Source: a virus
Lineage: Duplodnaviria; Caudoviricetes
Virus record (IMG/VR): IMGVR_UViG_3300035150_000119
Span: 1-54,570 of that record
DNA length: 54,570 bases
Direction: 5' to 3' (one strand)
Of this stretch, positions 26,494 to 36,462 are shown piece after piece. Position numbers and translations under genes: made by a program. The notes below the pieces were generated by a model. The model was not told the origin of the DNA and did no database searches. It saw nothing but the letters and a program-made list of their open reading frames with translations. Each line of letters begins with the position of its first letter. Position 1 is the first letter of the stretch.

Positions 26494-27873
26494 TTATGCA
26501 CTTATAGTCATTAATTTGATAGCGTCATAATCAATTACATCACCACCAACTCTTTTTCTTGTATAGAATTCTACGAATGGTTTGACTGTATATGGGTCTC
26601 TCTGGATAGTAATACCTAACCTATCGACTATCATATAAGCTCGTTTGAAATCTGCCAAAGCTACTGCTAATGCAGAAGCTGCAACAGTAGGCATCGATGT
26701 ACTCATCCTTACAGGTAACCCTAGAATCAAACTTGATGGATCACTAGCAATCATACTTGGTTTCCATATATAATCACCCATACCATTCTTAAGAAGCATT
26801 GCATCTCTTAATGTTAATCTGTTCATTATCCATGTGCCTGAATTTAAGAATTCTTCTCTCAATGAATATTTTAGATTGACAAATCCATCAGCAGTTAATG
26901 CAGCAGCTGCACCTGATGCTATTTGTTCAATTTGTCCCCAGCTGGTACCATTATCATAAGTCAAAAACCCACGAGGTTTATTAATCCCATCTCCTGAAAC
27001 AAATGCAGCACCTTCAAATCTGCCCATTCGTTCAGCAACCTTGTTGGCAAGCCAACTTTCAATATTAATCGCTGAATCTTCGAGTAATTGCTGTGTTGCA
27101 TGAGGTTTTGCATACATGGTGTTAACAGGGATCCTTTTTCTTCCGAAATCAGGTGTACCCGTCTGCGCACCGGTTTCAGTTTCACCTTCCCAGCCCACAG
27201 TCGCTTGGTCTCTATCGACAAGCCATTCGACAGCGTCAGTACTAATAGACATTGTCTGAGCTAGTTGACGTATAGGATCACTCTCATACATTCTAGTTAA
27301 TATTTGAGTTGCCATGAATGGAGTTACCGTATATCCCCCATGTGGATCAACACCAACGCTTAGTGTTTTGTATTCTTCCGGAGTTACCAGTTTTTCGTCC
27401 ATTCTTAAGAAGTTTTCATAAGCTTTTTTATAAGATTTAAATTCTTCTATGTTCGGTTTAAAATCTTTAATTTCTTTGTAATTGATTCCTCCATCGCCCT
27501 TGACTGCCTTACAGCTAATATGATGTTCTAATGCTTCCTTGAATTCTTTCTCATTAGCTTCTGTTACAATTCCTCCCGGTCTTTTCATTGCCAATTCAAT
27601 GTTTTCAATTCTTTTTATATTTTTTTCTTGATTTTCCTTGAATTTCTTCTCTATCTCTTCTTGTAATGCTGTAACAACTGTTTTTAGCTTTTCAATTTTT
27701 GTTTTATCTTGTTTTTCAACTTCAAAACTATCAGTAAGATTCTTATAGTTTTTTTTCATTTCATCAATTTGATTCTTAATGCCAGTAATGTCATTGCCAA
27801 ATTGTTTTAGTTCTTTTATTGCCTCTTCTGCAACCTGACTTTCAGGCATTACATTCTCAATAGTATCACTCAT
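26494..27873 (-). CDS. HK97-family major capsid protein
   Basis: Coiled-coil delta domain, GGY.V, AFVSGDG.NKP.GF, RVGGDV. Confidence 0.97.
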   Translation of the reverse strand: MSDTIENVMPESQVAEEAIKELKQFGNDITGIKNQIDEMKKNYKNLTDSFEVEKQDKTKIEKLKTVVTALQEEIEKKFKENQEKNIKRIENIELAMKRPGGIVTEANEKEFKEALEHHISCKAVKGDGGINYKEIKDFKPNIEEFKSYKKAYENFLRMDEKLVTPEEYKTLSVGVDPHGGYTVTPFMATQILTRMYESDPIRQLAQTMSISTDAVEWLVDRDQATVGWEGETETGAQTGTPDFGRKRIPVNTMYAKPHATQQLLEDSAINIESWLANKVAERMGRFEGAAFVSGDGINKPRGFLTYDNGTSWGQIEQIASGAAAALTADGFVNLKYSLREEFLNSGTWIMNRLTLRDAMLLKNGMGDYIWKPSMIASDPSSLILGLPVRMSTSMPTVAASALAVALADFKRAYMIVDRLGITIQRDPYTVKPFVEFYTRKRVGGDVIDYDAIKLMTISA

Positions 27874-27877
27874 TTTT

Positions 27878-28570
27878 TTATCCTCCTATTTTTTTCCTTA
27901 TATCTCTCACAAGATGTAACATCTCATAAGTATATTTATTCCAATTCTTCTCCAATGTAGGCTTACATATACTTGCTATATATTTCGCAGCATTATGACT
28001 CAAATTCCCTTCATCTCGAAGAGCATTCTCAAAATCTCGAATATTCTTAGCATTCTTAATCGCATCCTTCACGGATACTATTGTAGCTCGCCTATTTGCC
28101 GGAAAAGTAGCTGGACTAATTTCCCATAATTCCAATCTTTTTAAATATCTTTTACTTTTTTCTTCTGTTTTAACAATCTCATAACTATCTTCATATATAT
28201 TATTATTTTCATCTCTTAGAAAATCCCATCCTATACTCAACCCATTTAATGCGCCCATTTTCATCAAAATATAAGCTTCTTTCCCTTGCTGAACTTCTAA
28301 CGCTAATTGTCCAACAATCCTAAGCCCTTTTCTATTTTCCTCGATTTCTTCATATACTCCAATGGGCTTGTCGCTTCTATGCTGCCATAACATGCAGACA
28401 CCATTACCATTACGGCCACCTTTTTTTAATGTCTCTTTGAATGCTCCGCTGACTACTATATCACCATAATCATCGGGATCACCACCAAAAGTGCTGCCGT
28501 ATCCCTGAAAAATTCCTTTTTCTGAAATATCCTCTTTAATAAATGCACAATCAAAATATTTTTTTTCCAT
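27878..28570 (-). CDS. HK97-family prohead protease
   Basis: F.GYGSTF, MLWQH, GLSIG, WEIS..TFPAN. Confidence 0.95.
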   Translation of the reverse strand: MEKKYFDCAFIKEDISEKGIFQGYGSTFGGDPDDYGDIVVSGAFKETLKKGGRNGNGVCMLWQHRSDKPIGVYEEIEENRKGLRIVGQLALEVQQGKEAYILMKMGALNGLSIGWDFLRDENNNIYEDSYEIVKTEEKSKRYLKRLELWEISPATFPANRRATIVSVKDAIKNAKNIRDFENALRDEGNLSHNAAKYIASICKPTLEKNWNKYTYEMLHLVRDIRKKIGG

Positions 28571-28584
28571 TTTTCCTCCTCAAT

Positions 28585-29391
28585 CTATTCAATCTCAGTT
28601 ACTTCGGTATTATATAATACCTGACATCGACATCTAATAATATTTGCTGCGGCAGATCCTTCACTACTAATATCGCCGGGATACATAAGAGCGCCACCTG
28701 TTTGAGTAAATTTTTCATGCATAGGTACTGTCTCTCCATTAGCAGCAACATGATTGAAAGGCGATCGTCTTACACGTTCATCCCCTACATTTATCCATTC
28801 CTTAGATTCCATCTTTACATTATTGCTTTCAATACTCTCAAAAGTACTCTTGTTGAAAGCCGTATGCACCTCAGTTGTAGCTATCATCATAGCTCTATTT
28901 TTATTAAGTTCTGTTTTTTTAACAATATCTTTTGCAATTTCATTATAACTCTTTGCATCTCTTATTCCTTTATCAATTATACCCCTTAATATTTTTTTAG
29001 TACTGCCATCAATTATCCTGCTCTTTGACAAAGCCTGTCCATTTATCCAAAGATTGTAATAATACCAAAAATTATGCTCACTATCCTTTTTATAATAATC
29101 ACTAATTTTTTTAGGCTTTATTTCCTGCAATCGCCTATTAACATTTTCAAAATTGTATGTACCTATTCTTTTATATTCAATTTTGAAAATATCAAGCATT
29201 TTTTGAGAATGCTTATTAACAATTACGGGTACGATATTTAGTGGATCACCATGTTCAATCATTATTGAAACCTCTTTAAATATTTTGTTCAATTCAGCTC
29301 TTATCTTTCTATACATTTTCAGCTCGTAATATTTCATTGCTATTAGCATTTGCTGAACAAACAATTTTTTATTTCTAGTTATATTTATCAT
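28585..29391 (-). CDS. Mu gpF/SPP1 gp7-like minor head protein
   Basis: RA..IA.TE, K.W...D.RVR..H, L.YPGD, I.CRC. Confidence 0.9.
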   Translation of the reverse strand: MINITRNKKLFVQQMLIAMKYYELKMYRKIRAELNKIFKEVSIMIEHGDPLNIVPVIVNKHSQKMLDIFKIEYKRIGTYNFENVNRRLQEIKPKKISDYYKKDSEHNFWYYYNLWINGQALSKSRIIDGSTKKILRGIIDKGIRDAKSYNEIAKDIVKKTELNKNRAMMIATTEVHTAFNKSTFESIESNNVKMESKEWINVGDERVRRSPFNHVAANGETVPMHEKFTQTGGALMYPGDISSEGSAAANIIRCRCQVLYNTEVTEIE

Positions 29392-29693
29392 TCAAAAAGT
29401 ATATGCTCCTTTGTATTACAATATTTTTTAGCTGCATCTTTTGACCAATCTTTTTTCGGCATCCTTATAGCCTGTATCTCAACCTTATTTCCCTTAATCC
29501 CCCAAATAAAATCTAATCTTTTCCCATTGTGCGTCCCCGCATTATTCTCACGTCGAAATCTATCATACTTAGAGGGATCACGAAGCCTGCAACTATATTC
29601 ATTCGCAAACGGTTTACTTTCAGGATATGTCATTTCGATAATCTCGCATCCTTTCTTATTACAATAGAATTCATTCATATCTCTCTCCAACAA
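29388..29693 (-). CDS. Hypothetical protein between portal and gpF
   Basis: Overlaps both neighbours; P..NE.SCRLRDP..Y.RFRR. Confidence 0.65.
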   Translation of the reverse strand: MLERDMNEFYCNKKGCEIIEMTYPESKPFANEYSCRLRDPSKYDRFRRENNAGTHNGKRLDFIWGIKGNKVEIQAIRMPKKDWSKDAAKKYCNTKEHILFE

Positions 29694-32199
29694 TTATTCT
29701 TGCCATATCATCAGAATAACCCTCATCAACTAATTTTTGTATTTCTTTATCTTCCTCATCTTGTTGCTCTTCGCCATCAAGCATTGAGTCTAATTCTTCA
29801 TTATCAGCTAGTAATTGATCTAATGTAGTTGATCCCATGTTAACTAATATTACATTTCCCATACCGTTAGGTAATTTCTCTTTTCCAACCATTTCCCTTT
29901 TTTCATCAATTGTCAGAAAATCTGCATTTTCAACTCTTTTCCACATCAATTCTTTTTTGTATTCTAGCGCAGGTATTTTACTCAAATCATAATCAATGAA
30001 TATCTCGTCGGTTTCAAAAATCCAATTGTTTATTTCACCTTTAAATAGATTTAAATAATATATTATCGTTTCTTCCCAAAAACCTGCACGGGCTTCTTTC
30101 ATGTTAGAATTATGAACAATAATTCCTTCTGCTATAAAATTATGATTATTTTCAACTTCAATATCATATACATCTGTTTCATCTAATTCTTCGATGCAGT
30201 TTATTGTTGAAAATTCCATATATTCAATATCTATTAAGTTTTTTATTTTATCAATTGAATTTTTTCCGCCTGTACTCAATAAATATTCTTTTTTTTGTTT
30301 TTTTAAATTTTTATTAATTTTTTCTATATAAGAAAAAGTATGACTTTTTATTTCATTAACATCTTTTGCGCTAGTAACTAAAAAAGTATAAGATGTTGCA
30401 TTTATTTTTTTGCCATTCGGCAATAATGAAATATATTCTTGTTTCCTTATATTGTTAACTTGTAATCCTAATTGTAAGCATAAATATCTTATATCTTTTA
30501 TCAATTCTAAATTACATAATACAAATTGACATCGTCCTTGATGATTAATGCTCCCATCAGAATCAATAATACCTCTTAAAAATGCTAATTTTTTATTTTT
30601 TGGCAATTTAAAAATCCAATCCGGAATTCTTTTTTCATGTGCTGTCCCATATAACCCTAATTCATTTATTCTTTTACAATAATTAGTAGAACCATAACTA
30701 ATTGCTCTATTTCGCCTTATCCCAGTAATTCCGATTATTTCATCTGCAATATTTTTATAATATTCTTCATATTCACAACCTTCTTGTATTGCTAAATAAA
30801 TTACTCCGCCTCTTTTATATCCTTTGTTATCTGATATATATACCGGATCACTTTTATATCCATCGCCTAAATAATAACCTAATAATTCCATTTCTTTCTC
30901 AGTTATATCTTTATCTTCTATATCATAAGGAATTTTTTTACACTGAGTTACAATATCACCAATTTTTAAATCTTTTACTTGTATATATTCTAAATAATAT
31001 TCTTTTTCTTTTGACATTCTATTATTAAACATTGGAGCATTGACAAGTCTTTCTTTTCTTATCAAAATTGGATGATTCTCAGTTGCTTCAATTGTTTTAT
31101 TTCTAGTTTTTATTTTATATATTTTTTTAGTTCCAACTTTCCCTTGCCATTTAATTTTATTCTTTATTAACTTGCCCTTTTTATTTAACGAATAAACATT
31201 ATCACCTTTGTTTAAATCACCAATATATTTATATCCATCAGGTGTTGAAATCCTAGTTTTATATGGCAAACAATACGTGTTATCTCCAGGAATTCCCAAT
31301 AACATTGGAGGCACGCCGTACCCATTACATATTTTTCTACTTAACTCTCTATTTGATTCAATCCAGTCCATTTCTTTCGGAGTCCAACTATATGGCTTCA
31401 TGTCGCCGGTTGATTCTCCCTCAATTACAATAGTTTTACCTGCATTTTTACTGCCTCGATATTTATCATTCAATTGCTTCTCGAGTCTATCCCATTGTGC
31501 ATCTGTTAGAAATCCATGCACAAATACAGCCATACCGGGTCTGCCTTCATTTTCAAACACTTTCTTTTGCCATTCTGTCGCTTCATTGCTACTATCAATC
31601 TCCCGGGAAATCGGTTCTGTAATACTCAACCCATAAAAATCATCTAACGGATGAAATGATTTTATTTGCAAGATATCTGATTTTTTGGTTATTGGGTCGA
31701 CAGGAAAATTTAATTTTTGATCATACACATATTCAGCGATTACACCGGTATCTTTATTTGTTTTAATCGTAATCTTATCAGGTCTTAGCGCATATAATTC
31801 TCGAATCTCGCCATTAGCAACTGTAACACGTTCAATATAGGCATTGCCGGTTATCAGAAAAAAACTAATCAATCGCTGCATTAAAAAGGTAAAGCTTGTA
31901 TCCGGATTTGCTCTTTTTAGGATATTCACAATTGGATGGTCGGTAATTTGTATTCGTTCAGTATCAGATTTCTTATAAAGGCCCCAATCAACGCTTGCCA
32001 AACTCGAAGCTATATAAAAAATACATCTAAAAGAGATAACATTCTTCATGTAGCTTTCTTTTGAAAAATTCATATAATCACGGTCAGGCCAGTGTGCTGT
32101 GCCATATTTTGAATCTATTACAAGAGTTTTACTCACCTTAGTTTGATGATTTTTTTTGGTTTCTTTTTTATTTTTACTAAACAATCCTAAAAATTTCAT
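29671..32199 (-). CDS. HK97-family portal protein interrupted by an intein
   Basis: Portal motifs GNAY, LYALRPD, FHPLDD.YGLS, YGVPP.LLG, T.DEKRE. Confidence 0.93.
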   Translation of the reverse strand: MKFLGLFSKNKKETKKNHQTKVSKTLVIDSKYGTAHWPDRDYMNFSKESYMKNVISFRCIFYIASSLASVDWGLYKKSDTERIQITDHPIVNILKRANPDTSFTFLMQRLISFFLITGNAYIERVTVANGEIRELYALRPDKITIKTNKDTGVIAEYVYDQKLNFPVDPITKKSDILQIKSFHPLDDFYGLSITEPISREIDSSNEATEWQKKVFENEGRPGMAVFVHGFLTDAQWDRLEKQLNDKYRGSKNAGKTIVIEGESTGDMKPYSWTPKEMDWIESNRELSRKICNGYGVPPMLLGIPGDNTYCLPYKTRISTPDGYKYIGDLNKGDNVYSLNKKGKLIKNKIKWQGKVGTKKIYKIKTRNKTIEATENHPILIRKERLVNAPMFNNRMSKEKEYYLEYIQVKDLKIGDIVTQCKKIPYDIEDKDITEKEMELLGYYLGDGYKSDPVYISDNKGYKRGGVIYLAIQEGCEYEEYYKNIADEIIGITGIRRNRAISYGSTNYCKRINELGLYGTAHEKRIPDWIFKLPKNKKLAFLRGIIDSDGSINHQGRCQFVLCNLELIKDIRYLCLQLGLQVNNIRKQEYISLLPNGKKINATSYTFLVTSAKDVNEIKSHTFSYIEKINKNLKKQKKEYLLSTGGKNSIDKIKNLIDIEYMEFSTINCIEELDETDVYDIEVENNHNFIAEGIIVHNSNMKEARAGFWEETIIYYLNLFKGEINNWIFETDEIFIDYDLSKIPALEYKKELMWKRVENADFLTIDEKREMVGKEKLPNGMGNVILVNMGSTTLDQLLADNEELDSMLDGEEQQDEEDKEIQKLVDEGYSDDMARIIVGERYE
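30109..31272 (-). mobile_element. Intein (388 aa) with LAGLIDADG homing endonuclease
   Basis: NTY|CLPYKT N-junction, T.NH block B, LLGYYLGDG and FLRGIIDSDG, VYDIEV..HNF, IVHN|S C-junction. Confidence 0.95.
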
Positions 32200-32202
32200 T
32201 TT

Positions 32203-32622
32203 CTATCCTCTTACTGCCCAACCAATCGCTTCAATTCCAACAATATTAGTAACACTTATTGTGCTTGTTGTAATTACTAATGTATCACCACTAAAAAATA
32301 CTAATGGATTATCGTATTGAATAATAACATCTTGTGCATTGCTAATTTGCTGGCTAAGTAATCTTTGATTTATGCTGCTATCCTGAATAGAACTAATTGC
32401 AGCAATTAATGTGCAATCTGAAATAAGAGCAGTACTAAGATGTAATCTTAATTCGGCCAATTTCCATAAAACTGAAAAATATAATTCAGTATTGATTCCT
32501 GAAATACTATTCAATGCGATACTTAATTCATAAAAATGAAATTGATCCCATCTCTTATATTGATAATAATCTCCGTTATTTATTGCCATACACAACCCCC
32601 ATGCTGTAACAAAAAAATCCAA
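32203..32622 (-). CDS. Hypothetical protein (start probably MAINNG)
   Basis: ORF in late operon, beta-rich. Confidence 0.6.
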   Translation of the reverse strand: MDFFVTAWGLCMAINNGDYYQYKRWDQFHFYELSIALNSISGINTELYFSVLWKLAELRLHLSTALISDCTLIAAISSIQDSSINQRLLSQQISNAQDVIIQYDNPLVFFSGDTLVITTSTISVTNIVGIEAIGWAVRG

Positions 32623-32959
32623 CTACAAATAATAATATAAATTCAGTTATACTAACTGCGGACATCGTTCCAAGTCCGAATTTAATTGCATTATAATTTT
32701 TTAAATGTTTCATTGTGATATCATATTTTTTTTGCAAAAATACATAATCGTTAAGCAAAAATAATAATTGCTTGTACCCCGTGAACGGGATAAAAAAGCC
32801 TTCGACACCGTCATGAGTTATTTTTTGCATTTGAAATGATAAAATATAATTATTCAATATATCATCATGCTCTATCTCATTTGAGTGTGCCATCATTATT
32901 GATATTGTCATAATCAATATTATCAATAGCTTCTTCATTTTTTTTCCTCCTTTTTTCAA
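32576..32959 (-). CDS. Membrane protein with signal peptide and C-terminal TM
   Basis: MKKLLIIL signal; hydrophobic C-terminus; possible lysis accessory. Confidence 0.6.
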   Translation of the reverse strand: MKKGGKKMKKLLIILIMTISIMMAHSNEIEHDDILNNYILSFQMQKITHDGVEGFFIPFTGYKQLLFLLNDYVFLQKKYDITMKHLKNYNAIKFGLGTMSAVSITEFILLFVVGFFCYSMGVVYGNK

Positions 32960-33089
32960 GGTTTTCTATTTTTTTATTAAAATTGTTATCCGATAATACA
33001 AGAAATGCCAGAATAGATATTACTATCCCAAATATAATATTTACTATTACACTAATTTTAATCAATATAGATTTTATTTTATCTTTCAT
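32877..33089 (-). CDS. Single-TM protein with coiled coil (spanin-like candidate)
   Basis: TM followed by charged helix; overlaps next gene. Confidence 0.5.
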   Translation of the reverse strand: MKDKIKSILIKISVIVNIIFGIVISILAFLVLSDNNFNKKIENLEKRRKKNEEAIDNIDYDNINNDGTLK

Positions 33090-33408
33090 TATTATCCCTT
33101 ACTTTATTTCTAAAAAATAAATTTTTAACAGCATCATGAAATATCCAAGCACATATCCAACTTATCACGCCTTGTTTTATCCATTCTGCTAGATTAAATT
33201 CATTTAAAAATCCTAAAATAGACAACCCGAATGATAAAATAAAAGCTATCCAGATTCTAATTAGCCATTTCAACCAATTATCTTTAATATAATCTTTTAA
33301 TAATTTATCAAGAAATATTTTTCTAATTCTTGTCATTATTCCTACTACTAGAATAATAGTAAGAATATTAACAACTCCATATTGTTGTAATAATGTTAAT
33401 ATGTTCAT
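33079..33408 (-). CDS. Putative holin
   Basis: 109 aa, three hydrophobic segments, charged C-terminus. Confidence 0.6.
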   Translation of the reverse strand: MNILTLLQQYGVVNILTIILVVGIMTRIRKIFLDKLLKDYIKDNWLKWLIRIWIAFILSFGLSILGFLNEFNLAEWIKQGVISWICAWIFHDAVKNLFFRNKVRDNNER

Positions 33409-33581
33409 TTTTTATTCCCCCAATCTTCTCTAAATTTCTTTGCAAAATTATCTATCCAGTATAAAACACAACTTAACCCTAAATCTCGCCCTGCTTTTTG
33501 ACTTTCTATCCATTTGTATTTTTGAATTGCCTCCTCTTGCGCTTTCATGAATTCATGGAATTCTTTTTCTTCATCTGTCAT
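33405..33581 (-). CDS. 58-aa hypothetical protein
   Basis: KW.ES.KAG.DLG....W...F...FR motif; stop overlaps next start. Confidence 0.6.
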   Translation of the reverse strand: MTDEEKEFHEFMKAQEEAIQKYKWIESQKAGRDLGLSCVLYWIDNFAKKFREDWGNKK

Positions 33582-33725
33582 GTTTTATTCCCAATAAGGC
33601 TTCTCATTATTTCTTATTCCAACTAATTATAAGTATCAATGCTATAATTGAAATTATTATAGACAAAACTAAAATAAAATTTAGCATATCAAATCCTTTT
33701 TTTTTAGATATAAAGCTAATCATAT

Positions 33726-33968
33726 TTATCTCTCTTTTATATTTTTTTTACTTGCAATAATGCTATTGTTGTTTCTTACCATCTCAAAATTATAATTGTT
33801 AATACTTGTTAACACATATTCGTTGTAGTTTTGCATTACAATAGACAAATCATCAAGATTGTTATTTTTTAACGCCTCATTGATTGCTAACAAAAAATTA
33901 GATTCAATTTGTTTTTTTATAGAGTCTACTTCTAGTTTATATCTATCTTCTATCATTTCTTTTATCAT
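33726..33968 (-). CDS. Hypothetical protein
   Basis: ATGA-coupled to terminase. Confidence 0.55.
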   Translation of the reverse strand: MIKEMIEDRYKLEVDSIKKQIESNFLLAINEALKNNNLDDLSIVMQNYNEYVLTSINNYNFEMVRNNNSIIASKKNIKER

Positions 33969-35293
33969 AATACTCTTATCCTTGGGCTTTTAGGCGTCCA
34001 CAAGACATTGAAAGCCCCGCTACAACTATCAATTTGATCAAAAAATTTTCCATCAGGGAATAATTCTAATTCATTGAAGAAGTCTTCATTCCAATGTCCT
34101 TTTACAACTTTTACATTGCCTGCTTCTGCTTGACTTGAAAATGGTGTTGCTCTTTGAAACTTACTACCGGAAACCTTATCGGGATAAAATGCAAACTCAG
34201 GTAGTATATTTCTACGATAATGATCAATATTGTTTTTACCTGAGGATCCGGGTTCCTGCTCCATATAGATTATTACATTTCTGCCATCCATATCAGCTGT
34301 TTGTCTAATTATTTGTTCGGTATATCTAGGCTCTTTTCGGAATCTAATTATTGATTCTATATATATAATATTATTCTTGTCTACTACCAGCTTAGTACCG
34401 GATGTATAAGCCGGTTCTTTATTAGATTTGGTTGGCTCTGTTGCTGCTAAATCCCAGTATCTTACCCGTTTTGCTTCAATCGGAGCTTCATTTACAAGTT
34501 CAAACCATTCTCGCTTAAATATATTACCTAATTGCTTAATTTCCCAGTCGCCCTCTTCCAGTTGCTTTCTTGTAATAATATCTAACTGCTGCAAACTTAA
34601 TTTATATTCATTAATATTAAGATGCTGATTGTCTTCCATTTTTGCAGGAATAAAAATTACACCTTTTTGTCTTGTTTCAGGATCAACATATCTTTTTTTT
34701 ACCCATTGTCCACGTGCTATTTGTTCACCGGCTGGTGGATTGCTCGCACATCTGAATCGTATAGGGATTGTGCTATCTTTTAACTTCCTTAATCTCGAAA
34801 ACATATATTTTGCCTGATTCTCTCTAATGTTAACAGCTTCATCAATACCAACATACTGAAATTGAGAACTTTGAAAATTAAAATGCGAACGAGGATCGTC
34901 TAAATATCCAAATGAAAGTGTCGCGCCCGATGGAAAATTCCATCGATTCTTATCGCCAGACCAATGCGCATCTGTACCGCTAAGCCATTGATGTGAAACA
35001 TCCATAATACTGTCGGGCATTGATAGATTCTTCATAGTATCCCTTATTAAAATAGCATTGTATTTTTGTTCATGCACATATAATAATGATGCTGTCAATA
35101 ATGCAATGCTCTTACCACCACCGGCACTCCCGCCGTAAAAAGCATCTAAACAATCAAGCATTAAGAAAATCAACTGCTTATCGGTTGGATTAATCGGTAT
35201 ATATTTCCGATTGATCCTCAATAAGTTTCTCAGAATCAATAATCGTTTCGTTGTGTTTTGCAAGATTGATGATTTTTGCAATTCTGTTATCAT
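33965..35293 (-). CDS. terL: Terminase large subunit
   Basis: Walker A GGSAGGGKS, Walker B IDEA, SNP, YWDLA, DQID. Confidence 0.95.
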   Translation of the reverse strand: MITELQKSSILQNTTKRLLILRNLLRINRKYIPINPTDKQLIFLMLDCLDAFYGGSAGGGKSIALLTASLLYVHEQKYNAILIRDTMKNLSMPDSIMDVSHQWLSGTDAHWSGDKNRWNFPSGATLSFGYLDDPRSHFNFQSSQFQYVGIDEAVNIRENQAKYMFSRLRKLKDSTIPIRFRCASNPPAGEQIARGQWVKKRYVDPETRQKGVIFIPAKMEDNQHLNINEYKLSLQQLDIITRKQLEEGDWEIKQLGNIFKREWFELVNEAPIEAKRVRYWDLAATEPTKSNKEPAYTSGTKLVVDKNNIIYIESIIRFRKEPRYTEQIIRQTADMDGRNVIIYMEQEPGSSGKNNIDHYRRNILPEFAFYPDKVSGSKFQRATPFSSQAEAGNVKVVKGHWNEDFFNELELFPDGKFFDQIDSCSGAFNVLWTPKSPRIRVL

Positions 35294-35780
35294 TTAATTT
35301 TACTTCCAAAATCTTTTTATTAACCTTCTTAAATTTTTTCTCCTCTTTGTTGCGGGAAGTAAACCATTTGTATTTATTCGTCATATTCATCATCCACAAT
35401 ATGTGATTGATTTTACCTGACCCTAAATTAATCCTACCTATTTCTTCCCAGTATCTTAATCCTAATTGCTCGCCTATTCGTACAGCCAAATCAAATTCAT
35501 CATAATATTTCCGCCATTTGCAAAATTGCTGCAAGCTTATACCTAACTCTGTCGCAACAGTTACCTTACTTTTCCCCTCAGCAAAAAGATCAAGAACTTT
35601 ATAACAAAAAGCTTTTCTATATTTTAACGGCTCGCCTCTGGTTTTAATCTCATCCCTTTTAATATTTTTTATTTTTTCTCTAATTACAGACTTAAATCTA
35701 TTAATAATATTATCAGGTAACTTTTCAGGATAAGAAGTATTAGATTTTGTTATAGATTTACTTCTTTTATTTTCAATCAT
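35190..35780 (-). CDS. terS: Terminase small subunit
   Basis: HTH (G.S...VA.ELGIS....W...Y.EF), M.N...W; upstream of terL. Confidence 0.75.
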   Translation of the reverse strand: MIENKRSKSITKSNTSYPEKLPDNIINRFKSVIREKIKNIKRDEIKTRGEPLKYRKAFCYKVLDLFAEGKSKVTVATELGISLQQFCKWRKYYDEFDLAVRIGEQLGLRYWEEIGRINLGSGKINHILWMMNMTNKYKWFTSRNKEEKKFKKVNKKILEVKLNDNRIAKIINLAKHNETIIDSEKLIEDQSEIYTD

Positions 35781-35893
35781 GTAGCAATTATAATAGATTT
35801 GACGACCAAAATAAAGAATTTTTGCCTTTTTTTTAGTACAAATCCTTTATTTTTTCTTTTAATTATAATATAATCAAAAGAAGGTGCATAATT

Positions 35894-36457
35894 ATGTTTT
35901 GTGGTAATAGTATTATTTTAATAAATGGTCAATGTCCAAGCGATGATAATCAATTTGTTAATGATTTTATAAAAGAACAAGTTGTTATTGGAAAAAGAGG
36001 TATTGGTTATACAACGTCTGCAACTGCACCTGATAGCTTAAAAGCTCAAAAATTTAAGGCTTTTTTAAGTTGTCAAATAACTCGATTAGGTTTTACTTTT
36101 TACGATGGAGCGAATGGAGATAAATTATTACTAGGAATTTATAATGATAATGGTTCGGGATATCCTGGAGATTTATTAGGTGTAACTGAAGAATTTACTA
36201 TTTCTAACGATATCGCAATAGATAAAGGATTAGATGTAATTTTAAATTTAAATTCACCAGTAAATATTACAAAAGATATTATTTACTGGTTAGTATATAT
36301 TTCAGAGTCCAATAGCGAAGCTTTGTATGGGACTAATACAATTGCTTCAGTAGCCCATTGTATAAGTAAAGGATATACCTATGACGGATCATTGCCAGAC
36401 CCATTCCCAAGTGGAGGTGGAGGATGGTATCCCAAGAATCTATTTGGATTAATATAA
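35894..36457 (+). CDS. Lone opposite-strand beta-sandwich protein
   Basis: AAGGTG RBS; LGIY.D...G.PG.LLG and PV.I....YWLV pattern. Confidence 0.7.
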   Translation: MFCGNSIILINGQCPSDDNQFVNDFIKEQVVIGKRGIGYTTSATAPDSLKAQKFKAFLSCQITRLGFTFYDGANGDKLLLGIYNDNGSGYPGDLLGVTEEFTISNDIAIDKGLDVILNLNSPVNITKDIIYWLVYISESNSEALYGTNTIASVAHCISKGYTYDGSLPDPFPSGGGGWYPKNLFGLI

Positions 36458-36462
36458 TTCTT

